Shown: one piece after another, positions 38,296 to 49,214 of the stretch
Position numbering within the stretch: the first letter of the stretch is position 1
Layout of the letters: each line of letters starts with the position of its first letter
Assembly: GCA_035221665.1 (NCBI GenBank)
Contig: CM069147.1
Coordinates: forward strand, 47,244,001-47,308,000
Length of the DNA stretch: 64,000 nucleotides
Direction of reading: 5' to 3'
Origin: Okamejei kenojei
Taxonomy: Eukaryota
Program-made: the position numbers and the translations under genes
Notes under the pieces: generated by a model
What the model was told of the DNA's origin: nothing
What the model saw: the letters and a program-made list of their open reading frames with translations, nothing else
The model's database searches: none

Positions 38296-39099
38296 TTTTT
38301 TTGCTTTTGATAGAATGCCATTAAACTAGAAAGGGCAAAAAAGATTCATGACTCTAAAGAGTTTAAATTATATGGGTCTTATTTTCCCTGGTGTATGTGT
38401 TGAAGGGTGATAATCTGAGGGGTTTAACTAAGACATCTGGTCACAATCTTTTCCACAGGGTAGGGGAATGTAAAACTAGAGGGCATATGCCTAAGGTGAG
38501 AGGGGACAGATTTAAAAGGGACACGAGAGGCTTATTTTTCCACACAGCAGGTAGTGGATGAGGTGGTGAAACAGTGCTTCCACTTTCAAGGAAATTACCC
38601 AAAATTCGGGAAATTCTGGTTGTCTTCCGGTAATTTTAGGGAAATGAAATAATTTCGGGGAATTTCCGCATCTGGCCCGCGAAGGTAATACACACAGCAC
38701 TGCCAGTTTGGTGCTCAAAGGTTTTAAACAGAACGCTGTCAGTTTAACACGTGGGAATTTAAAGGAAGAGCTGTCGGCTTCAGCGCTATGGGTTCTAAAT
38801 GTAGCGTTACCGGCTGGAGGGCTATGGGCTTTAAACATAGCGCTTTGGCCACAATGCTATGAGTCACAGACCGTTCGGGAAAATTCTCGTATAACAACGA
38901 GTCTTTGGAATTCTCTTTCTCAGTGGAAGTTGAGCCTTTGATTATTTTTCAGGCAGTGGTAGAATTCTACTACAATCCCTGTAGTAAGTCGGCACACTTG
39001 ATATTTGCAGTGGGATTGGAGTGGTGAAAGGTAGGGTAGGTTTGTCATCGGGGTCACCAGGTGGGCACCCTCCTTCTTTGACGTTTCATTGATAAGCCC

Positions 39100-39690
39100 A
39101 CAACATCTCCAGAGGGCTCAACGGTGATACCTGGCGTCCCAGTTGCACCCTCCTCGGTTCCATACCCTCCTGTCTTCATCTTGCAGCCCAATTGGTGTCT
39201 TTCCTTTTAATCCAAAGCCAATTGATGCTTTTTTCTGCTGAAATTGACAATGACTTGATTGCTTGTTGGAGGATTCGACCCCTCACCCCCATTTTCTTCA
39301 ATAGACTGGTTGTAGATGTTGCAACAAATCCCCTGCATCCCACTTCTGCAGGGAAAATCTTGGTCTTCCAGTCATTCTGTTGCCAGTTCAGTGTACTTGA
39401 TCTTTTTCCTCTCATAAGCTTCTTCAAAATCATCTTCCCAGTGGGACTGTCAATTCCACAACGTATGCCAACTTGGCAGTTGTGGACCATGTCTGGCTGT
39501 AGTGTTATAGCCACAGTGTCTGGGGGAAACACAAGCCTTTTTTCCAAGTCCACATCCATTTTCCAATCCCGAGCAGGCTGCAGAATGCTTGCATCCTTTG
39601 ATGTTGTCTGGTGTTCTGGAGGTTGGCCTGCTGGTACAAATGTTGTGAAGTGAACATTTCCTGCCGATGTTTGTGGGGAAGCATTTGTGG
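39100..39690 (-). mobile_element. Hero-like (R2 group, restriction-like endonuclease) LINE 3' fragment
   Basis: DLEKRLVFP..TLQPDMV..PAEVGCRGFVATS..AEKSINWLWIKR. Confidence 0.8.
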
Positions 39691-40399
39691 AATTGTAGAA
39701 TTTTAACAGTGAAGTGACATTGAATTCTTCATATTGCTATGTGTTACCTATAAAAAGATTATGCAGGTCATTGCCTGGTTTTATACCATACTGTTTGCAC
39801 TTACCATATGCGCATGAAATGAGGGATTGTGCCTGGCTGGTAATGTCAAAAGAGGAAAATCTGTGATGGGGTGGAAGGCAGGGGAACTGAAACAACGAAA
39901 ATGTAAGATAAAAGGAGGTGCTAGTTGTACAAGGGAAAGGGGAATAACTAGTCAGTCTGGTGAAGGTATGCATGGGAGAAGCAGAAAAGTCCTCAGAAAT
40001 TCCTGGGCAGTAATCAGCTTACCAGAATCAGCGGTGAGGTCATCAATAAATGTTTTTATTTCAGATTTCCAGCAATGTGATCACAGACTGATCTTTTTGC
40101 CGCTTTACCTGGCCAAGTACTACCCCGTTTCACTTGCACATTCATCATTTTGGTTATGTAATTACTTTTACCTTTCACTTTTCACTGGCCCCTTCCCCTA
40201 TGGCATTTCAAATCCTGTTTTAATCCCTAACTTTTCCTATTTGCTGATGAAAGGTCATCATCAAAATGCATTAGATCTATTTCTCGCTCCCCCGATGTTG
40301 CTCGTTCATGAGCATTTTCATAGTTTTATTTTTTTTTTAATTTAACCTGGCCTTACATTTGATGAGCTTTATGAAACAACTACACCATCATGGACATGT

Positions 40400-41100
40400 T
40401 ACCCTGGGAATAGATTATGCAAGTCGAGTGTTGTAGTATGCACAACTGCGGTGAGATACGGACACAATGGAAACATCACTGGCACGTGGACACAGACAAA
40501 TACACAAAAACAATTTATACATAAAGTAAATGTAAAGTGGATGAAGAGGAACAATACTGTAAAAGAAAACGACATTAGTCCAAAAATTTTAATTAAAAAA
40601 AACAGGTCCATGGTACTGCCAGACATGGATGGTGGTTTTCCATTGTGGAGGTAGGATTAGGATTTTGCAGGTTGGTCGCAGTGAGGAGAGGCCATGGCCT
40701 AGATGGGGATTCTTGATAATAGATGTTGCCTTCTTGAGGCAGCACCTCTTTCAATGGAGGGGAGGGCTGTACCCATGCTGCACTGGGCTGAGTCCACCAT
40801 TCTCTATAGCCTCTTGCATTCCTATGCATTGGAATTGCTGTACCAAGCCATGATGCAATCAGTCAGGACACCTACAATACATCTGTAGAAATTTTCAAAT
40901 CATACAGCTTGATGAAGCCCTCTTTTGCATTTCTTCAATTTCCTGCGCTGTGTTGGCAATGGCCATCTTTTGTGCCATTTAAGCTCCCCATTAAAGAGTC
41001 GAGTGTTTTATCATCATATGTCCCAGATAGAGCAATGAAATTCTTACTTGGTGCAGCACAACAGAATATGTCAACATAGTACACTGTAAATAATATGATA
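40400..41100 (-). mobile_element. Rex/Babar-like LINE relics
   Basis: Similar to 8322-9030; GACAATAAA-like 3' motif with (CTTG)-type tails. Confidence 0.6.
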
Positions 41101-42880
41101 AACGAGAGAGAGAAAAAAAAGTTCAGTGTGTATATATACACAGACATATATTTATATACACACACACATATTCTTACACACATTCTTACACAGATTTGTC
41201 TGAACTCAGCCTTCTCTGCTGCCAGGGTGATGCCAAACGCAAACTGGAGGAACAGCACCTCCTATTCGTGCTGGTGAATTTTCCAATTTCAGGTAACCCT
41301 CATTGGATGTGCTCCTTTCTCCTTCTGATACAACCCAACCAAGCCTCACATTACACAGTTTCCCCTTCCCCACGTGGTTGCATCTGCCTGTCACCTACAC
41401 ACTGTACCTATTGTGTCTCCTATCCCAATCCCCAACTGGTTTCATCTGCACATTGGCCAACGTAAAGATATGGAGGTATGGTGAGCTGGTTGTCAGTGTG
41501 TATGTGTGAATTGATAGCTTTCAGGTGACTTTGCCAGGGCCATGAATTATGCCAACCATGACACTCTTTCTGACTCCGCTCTGACATTGGAGTCCAGAGG
41601 GAGTTTGGAGCCAGACCACAATGTAAATGTGCTGAGTAATCTGGGCACAGGTTAATTCTTGCAAGTTGAAAGGCTCCAAGGAAAATAGGCAAGTTTCAGG
41701 TAACACAAAATTGTAAGTTAATTGAATGAAGCATATTTAACTGTTTGAGGATTTTCCTGTTTTTTTTTTAACAGTTTGCTTGTTTCAAGATACACTTAAG
41801 TATGTACTTTTAATTGGCTTTTGAGTATTTATGAACACGTATTCACAAGCATGGAAAATCTTCTGACAGTTTTGACAGCTGTTGAGCACATGACTGGGTT
41901 AGCTTGCTGCCACGGCATTGTTAGGGATGTGGGGTGATTTCATGGTGGTAATGCTGTCCAAACCTCAAAGGAGGAACTGACTTTAGAGAACAAGCTGCCA
42001 TTGTTAAATGTGATATTGTCAGAATGGCACAGCACTCACCAACTAAAATAATCATCTTGCTAGGTCCAGACTGTAAGTTATGAAACACATCTGTAGATGA
42101 AAATTATGAGAGACTGAGAATATACTTTTGGGGTAACCAATGAAAATAATGCAAGAGCTATGGTTGGATAGATCAGAATGAAATCATTTTGGCGATTAGC
42201 TGGAAGGATGTTGGAGGAGGATAGAGTCGTTAACTCTTGCAAAGACCGTTCACAGATTAAAAAGAACGAGGAGGGATAAATTATCTATCGTATGAACAGC
42301 ATCGAAAAGGGATTTCATTTTCATGGCAGGACAATCCTGTCTGTGGCGATTCAACCATTCAGCAAGGATTTATGAAGTGCAGCACATTCATTTTGCTTGC
42401 AGTGAAAAAGGATATCGGGGTAGTAGTTCATAAGGATGGAGGGATGAGGAGGGAAGGGAGGTGGGATTAAATGGATTTAAAAGAAGGGAGCTCTGTTCTT
42501 GAGGAAAAGGAAACAGTAATAACGAAGAAGAGGACAGCTGGGAAATTAGTTGCTCGTGGATGCATGGAGGGAGGAGTAAGAGTACCTTTTGACATGATGA
42601 ACAGTTCAAAGGTGGGGCAATATGGGGAATGATGAAGCTCTGAGGACAGGATTGAAAGGGACATGGATGGAGAAAGATACGTAGAGATACGACTGAGGTG
42701 ACATAATGAAGAAATGTGAGGTCAGGGCACCAAGGGAAGTGAGACATGCAAAATGCAGAGCTTGAAGATGGAAAACAGCCTGGTGATAACATTTACTTCA
42801 CCCTAACTCTTTGTAGTGTGTTATCTTTGTATCCGTTTGTCACAGTGATTTTCATCTTGTTCCTCTTCGGACTTTCAGCA

Positions 42881-43049
42881 ATGTGGACAGCAGATGAAAT
42901 TGCCAGTATGTGCTATGCACATTATTCTACCAAGCTACCAAAGAAAGGTCTGCCAAATCCTGGACAAGAATGGACTCTGCTTGCCGCTGTGGTAAAAGTT
43001 GAGGAGCAACCAAACAGGCAATCAGTTTGCAACAGTGAGAGCAATGATG
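42881..43049 (+). CDS. ADAT1: tRNA-specific adenosine deaminase 1, first coding exon
   Basis: TTTCAG|CA-ATG; [42 protein letters not shown]... matches the vertebrate ADAT1 N-terminus; donor G|GTGAGA. Confidence 0.96.
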
Positions 43050-43284
43050 GTGAGAGAGCAGAATATTTCTGAAACCTGACATAATTAATCTTTCACTGAT
43101 GTGCATTTTAAACAGTGAGAACTTTGACATCCAATAAATGTAAATAGGCTGATTTGTTTTGTATTTCCAACGAGAAATTGCTGCTTTTAATTTTACGGGC
43201 CACAGCTGACCTTGGAGGCTTTGCTTTCTGGCCTATCCCACAGCTTGTGACACTGGGTTGGGTAAACAACAAGTCCTTCTGATC

Positions 43285-44175
43285 GTAGACAAAAATGCTG
43301 GGGAAACTCAGCTGGTGAGGCAGCATCTATGGAGTGAAGGAAATAGGCGATTTTCGGGTTGAGACCCTTCTTCAAACTGGGGTGGGGGGGCGCGAAGATG
43401 AAAGGAAGAGGCGGAGACAGTGGGCTGTGGGAGAGCTTGGAAGGGAAGGGGAAAGAGGGAGAAAGGAGGGACTACCTGAAATTGGAAAAGTTAATGTTCA
43501 TACCGCTGGGGTGTAAACTACCCAAGCGAAATATGAGGTGCTGCTCCTCCAATTTACGGTGGGACTCACTCAGGCCATCGAGGAGGCCCAGAACAGAAAG
43601 GTCAGATTCAGAATGGGAGGGGGAGTTGAAGTGCTGAGCCACCGGGAGATCAGGTTGGTTATTGCGAACTGAGCGGAGGTGTTGGACAAAGCGATCGCCA
43701 AGCCTATGCTTGGTCTCGCCGATGTAGAGCAGCTAACACCTAGAGCAGCGGATGCAATAGATGAGGTTGGACTTTATCCTTGGATGGAGTCAAGGGGGTA
43801 GGTAAAGGGACAAGTGTAGCATTCCTTGCGGTTCCACGAGAACGTACTAAGAGAGGGGGTGGTTTGGGTGGGAAGGGACGAATTGACCAGGGAGTTACGG
43901 AGGGAGCGAAAGCCGAAAGGTGAGGAGATGGGAAGATGTGGCCAGTGGTGGGATCCCGCTGGAGGTGGCGGAAATGTCGGAGCATTATCTGTTGTATGTG
44001 ATGGCTGGTAGAGTGGAAGGTGAGGACACGGGGGACTCTGCCCTTGTTACGAGTGGGGGGATGGGGAGTGAGAGCAGAGTTACGGGGTATAGAAGCGACC
44101 TTGGTGAGAGCCTTATAGATAGTAGAAGGGGGGAACCCCCGTTCCCTACAGAATCAGGACATCTTCGATGCCTTC
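43285..44175 (-). mobile_element. Penelope-like element fragment
   Basis: LRHFRHLQRDPTTGHIFPSP; GIY-YIG remnants; pseudo-LTR at 43285-43380. Confidence 0.85.
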
Positions 44176-44419
44176 TGATTGGTGCTTTTTCTTTTCATGT
44201 GGATGCTGGATTGTCTTGGACGTTTCAAGCTATGTCATTTTAAAATTAAATTTGTAAAACGCACCTTGTAATTAGCTAAACTTGCCAGCAGCTAGTCATT
44301 TGCCACATTGTCAAAGCTGTATAGAAACAGGAAGATTATTCCAGAATGTTAAGTTTGCATCTTTTAATGACTACATTGTTAATAGTATATTCAAATACTC
44401 ACCTGAAATTGTCAACCCA

Positions 44420-44740
44420 TGAATACCGCTCCCTCCACAACTCCCTGGTTAACACATCGCTTCCCACCCAAACCACCCCCTTCCCAGGTACTTTCCCCTG
44501 CAAACCGCAGGAAATACAACACCTGTGCCTATACCTCCTCCCTCAACTCCGTCCAAGTACCCCGACAGCCTTTTCAGGTGTGGCAGAGGTTCACTTGCAA
44601 CTCCTCCAACCTCTATCAGTATCCGCTGTTCCAGGTGTGGACCCCTATATATCGCAGGCTCGGCAATCATTTCGTTGAACACCTCCGCTCAGTCCACTTG
44701 GGCTTACGCGATCTCCCGGTTGATAAACACTTTAACACCC
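44420..44740 (+). mobile_element. Penelope-like GIY-YIG fragment
   Basis: FQVWQRFTCNSSNL..RLGNHFVEHLRSV. Confidence 0.8.
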
Positions 44741-45407
44741 CCTCTGAGGCTGCTTTCTTTCTTCCCATTTTTTATTCTTTCTCAAGTGAGAGTGTTCAGT
44801 ACCCCATCTATAGCGCAATGGATCTTAGACTTGTAGGTGAGAATGAATTTTGAGTGAGAAAAAATATTTGTCGTGTTTGGTGGGGAAAGGAAGTGAGATA
44901 CTGTGTATTGAACATATCATCATATTTGAAGAGGGTACACAAAATTATATCAATGGGCACGTTTTTGGCATATTTGTCTTACAAAATTAACCTTTCCATA
45001 TTTGACCACTTTGGATTTGCATTGGTGATTTTAGTTTATTAAACTGCAGCATGTGAACATTGTTGGCAATGCCAGAATATATTGTACCTAATTGTCCCTC
45101 TTCTGAGCAAGTAGTTAAGAATCTATGACATTGATGAGTCACATTGCAGACTGGGGAAGCAGAGTGCTTTCTTTCCTTGAAGGATATTAAAGGTTTTAAT
45201 AACAGTCTATTTTCATCACATGGTTTTGAGTTTAAAAAAAAAGTCCAAATTAATTTTATTGAATTTAGCTGTATGGTGTGAATTCATGTCTGCTATACGT
45301 GGTACTGAAGTCTGGTTGTTGGACCAATAATGTTCTTTATAATCACATGTTAATGTTTGAAGCAAAAGAATCTGGGATCTTTTATCAAACTAATCTATCT
45401 CTTGCAG

Positions 45408-45476
45408 CATACCTGGAAGTTGTTGCTATGGGAACTGGATCAAAATGCGTTGGACAGACAAAAATGAGTAAAAGTG
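45408..45476 (+). CDS. ADAT1: ADAT1 exon
   Basis: TTGCAG|(A)YLEVVAMGTGSKCVGQTKMSKS(G)|GTATGT; 69 nt; GTGxKC motif of ADAR/ADAT1 deaminases. Confidence 0.96.
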
Positions 45477-45776
45477 GTATGTGCTTAAAAAAATTAATGA
45501 TATAATGGTACTTCCTAGCTTAACATTTGTATTGTATTCCATTCGTTGTAAAGTTTTAAATAGCGTGTTTCATTTACCAAACTCTTTAGTACTGAAAATG
45601 TTCATACTGTATAGGATTTTGCAAAATGAAATCAGTGATAAACTTTTCATAGCCAAAATCTACATGGGTTCAATAATGGAGAGAAGGTGGTTTATAGTAA
45701 TTATAGGTGTATTAGGTTTGTTAATCCATTTCTATTTTCATTGAGTTGATTAGTAACCTAGGATTATAGGATGAGA

Positions 45777-46835
45777 CTAGATGTTGGGTCCTATGTTCAC
45801 ACGGGAGGGCTGGTCCCCCAACGCAATATTCCACCTCTCCACCAATTCCAATATTGGTGGCCAGTGAGGGGTGGGGGCTTTCTGGAGCGCTAGTATGGGT
45901 ATTGTGGCCCTAAGCGACTGGTTTCCAGAAGGCTAGTATGGTCATTGTGGGCCGAATGGATTCTTGGGCTGGCAACTCAGTCACTCAGGCCTGGTGGGCT
46001 GGCAGCTCAGTCACTCAGGCCTAGTGGGCTGGCAGCTCAGTCACTCAGGCTTGGTGGGCTGGCAGCTCAGTCACTCAGGCCTGGTGGGCTGGCAGCTCAG
46101 TCACTCAGGGCTGGTGGGCTGGCAGCTCAGTCACTCAGGGCTGGTGGGCTGGCAGCTCAGTCACTCAGGGCTGGTGGGCTGGCAGCTCAGTAACTCAGGG
46201 CTGGTGGGCTGGCAGTTCCCTAACGGCTATTCCTTGAAATTTCATTTCAAGCAGAGTGTAGGCCACCAAATTCAATTTCATAGCATTTCAAGCAGAATGC
46301 AGGCCATCAAATTCAATTTCATAGCATTTCAAGGAGAGTACAGGCCACCAAATTCAATTTCATAGCATTTCAAGCAGAGTGCAGGCCACCATATTGCCAA
46401 ACAACTAATTGCATTGTCATTATTGGCTAACAAATCATTTATTGCAAGTACATTGCAGACTCACAGTTCAGTTGATTCACAGTTTAGAATCACAGTTGGG
46501 ACTCTCCCTCGCGATCTTCCAGAGTAACTGACTCATGTCCAGACATCCAGGGTTTTATAGTCCTGTGCCCCCCCCCCCCACCTCACAGAAGGAGCGTTGC
46601 CTTCATCTTGGTGATTGACAGGTGAGAGGACCAATCTGCTGACCTCAAGAGTTTTTTAACACTCTTAACTTTTTTATTTTTCATCGATCGGAAAAATCCT
46701 CGGGGCTGCCTCAGCGGAGGAGGACGGTGAGTAAGATGGCCAAAAAGCATAGCGATATATGGTAGCGTTTTTGTCTAAAATCAATATATATAGCGCAGAC
46801 AGGAAGTGGTCAGGATGAGACTTTTAGTTTTTAGA
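45777..46835 (-). mobile_element. Non-autonomous Helitron (relative of 24771-26193)
   Basis: Collinear with 24771 copy; CTAG 3' end with partly deleted hairpin; 5' TCTAAAAACTAAAAG. Confidence 0.82.
45965..46215. repeat. 30-bp minisatellite (~8 copies) inside Helitron
   Basis: CTGGTGGGCTGGCAGCTCAGTCACTCAGG(G/C). Confidence 0.92.
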
Positions 46836-46993
46836 TCATATCCAATCTGCCCTGTAAACCTGCTTCTTTATCCACTTAGATCATGATTAATCTGCACCTA
46901 AACTTTATCTCACCTGACCACCATGTTTGGTCAGGAAGCGAACACTCCCTACCTAATCTCATCGTGGGAACATCTGTATATTCATTATAGGAA

Positions 46994-48256
46994 CTAGACT
47001 AAGTGGGACCCGTTGGGTCCCAGTCACACGGGAGGCCTGGTCCCCCAACGCAACCCATTCCCTAAAGCATTATTCCACCACTCACTCCTTCCCCCAACGC
47101 AACCCGTTCCCCCAACGCAATATTCCACCACACACCCATAGCCCCTAACTACACAGGCGCGACTCATTTCCCCTCATCCCCCAGCACTCCCTCCCCCTCC
47201 TCTTCATATGTTGGAGGGGAGGGGGGACGGTGTCTGGCTGGGGATCGTGGGTGGGAGGGGAGTGGGGTGCGGCTGGGAGGGGGTGGGGTCGGAGGGGAGG
47301 TGTGTTTGCGGGTGGGTGGGGGAGGAGGGATGTGGGAGGGGGGAGAGGGTGTGTGTGGGGAACAGGGTGTGTGTGGGCGGGTGGGTGGAGGCGGGGGTGT
47401 GTGGGGGGGATGGATGTGTGGGGGAGGAATATGGGCGGGGGGAGGTGTGTGTGGGTGGGGTGTGTGGGCAGGGGGAGGGGGGGGGTGTGTGGTCGGGCGG
47501 CGTGGGGAGAGGGGTGTAGGGGCAAGGGGTGTGGGAGCAGGGAGGGGTTGTGGGGCGGAGGGGTGTGGGGAAGGGGTTGTGGGAGGAGGGGGGTTGTGGG
47601 TGGGGGAGTTATGGGGAGGGGGGGTGTGGGCGGAGGGGTTGTCGGGGGAAAGGGGTATGTGGGCAGTGGGGGGGGGGGGGAGAGCTCGGAGAAAAGACGG
47701 GGCAGAGCCATGGGGGAGAAGGGGGTATCACGGGGAGGGGGGCAGGAGCCAGCGGGGGGACCAGAGGGGAAGGGGGTTGGAGCTGGCAGTGCAATGGGGA
47801 CTCAAAGTGGGCGCTGATCGCTCGCCGCCAGGATCACAATCTCCGCTTTCCGTTTGGCGACATCTCCGACTCCGCACCGCTTCTGGTCCCTCTGAAAATT
47901 GTGGAGACCTCCGCCGGCCATCCAGAGCATCCCGCTGCTCCAGTAAAGACGTGATGGTGCAGGAAGGGGCGGACCATCCCGGGGAGTGACGGGAGAAGAG
48001 ACCAAAACGCGCGGCGCTGACTGGCAGGAGAGGAGGTCGATCTGCGAAGTGCGGTTTTTAAGATTTTGAAACCTCGCTAACTTTTACAATATACCACTGA
48101 TCGGAACAAAACGTGTTGCATTCGCAGCACAGGAGAACGGCGAATGAGCTGGCAAAAGGTCGTAGCGCTGTCGCGTACCGTGTTTGCGCAAATAGAAAAA
48201 CTGCGCAAACCGGAAGAGCACAAGTTATGAGTTTCAGTTATATATTGATAGATAGA
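46994..48256 (-). mobile_element. Non-autonomous Helitron with G-rich interior
   Basis: Identical 3' terminus CTAGACTAAGTGGGACCCGTTGGGTCCC; minus 5' end TCTATC..TATATAACT; different internal sequence. Confidence 0.82.
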
Positions 48257-49214
48257 TGGTGATGCCCAGTACTGTTTTAAAAACAAATATAGATCAATAT
48301 TTCCACACCCCATGAGTAAATTGAAAACCAATTAATTTGTTCATTTTCATTGTGTAGTACACCATTAAATATTGGTTTCTTTCTCTCAGAATAGGGACTG
48401 GATAAGTGACTGGAGAAAAGGGTGACTTTTTCCCCTTGAAAAGGAAGTAAAGCAGAAATGTTCTTACATGAGCCATATTTGTATTTGTTTTAATTTTTCC
48501 TGCCTGGATGAAACAAAATTGTCATTTCTTGGAACCTCCTACATTGGAAATAAGTTCCAATGGTTCCCGCTTCGTTTCAGTTACAATGTAATCAGAAGGG
48601 AATATGATGCTTGCTAATTCTTTGGTAAATTCAATGTGTGAAACTGTAATGTCTTTAATATTCCATCCTGAAATAGTTTTGTCAGCGTATTAATTTCTGT
48701 CCTTAAGAATAAGCAAACACCATATTCGCTTCTGACTTCAGTGCTCTTTTGCAATTGAAGAGAAGTGGGAACAGAATTTTGACTCTGAGATTTATAGGTT
48801 CCTTTCAAAACTCCCCTTGCACTGATGTCTGTACCATTAATAATTTTTTGATGAGAAATATTTAAAAGTTCATCTGGGAAAAATGGTAACCAATGCCTGA
48901 TTTAAAGAATATGTAAATTTATGCAAAATTACTGATAATTAACGGTAAGCATACAATCGCATCCAAAAGCTTAACATCCTGTCTAGATGTGCTGTTGTGG
49001 CAATTGCATTGCCAATGAGTTGACGGATTTTATCTATCAAACGCATTACAATTCTACATAACAATTCTACATGGTTCAGAGTTCGCAGCAGCAACTTGTA
49101 CTCCGTAATTGTTATGTAAGGGAAGCAGCTACACAATTGTCGGGTTTGAGATTATTGATGTCCAGTGCACAGAACATCCGTTTTCATTTAGAAACCAACA
49201 ATGGTTTACAAAAG

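Noticed and set aside
38575-38935. Possible small TIR element (CTTCCACT...AGTGGAAG) interrupting a CR1 tail
   Set aside because: Inverted match is only ~8 bp and no clear TSD; not enough support.
41880-42740. Possible old L2-type LINE on the minus strand
   Set aside because: Purine-rich pattern is suggestive, but no motif could be read with confidence.
47145-47989. Pro-rich and Gly-rich ORFs up to 240 aa
   Set aside because: Translation of low-complexity G/C tracts inside a Helitron; open in several frames with no recognisable domain.
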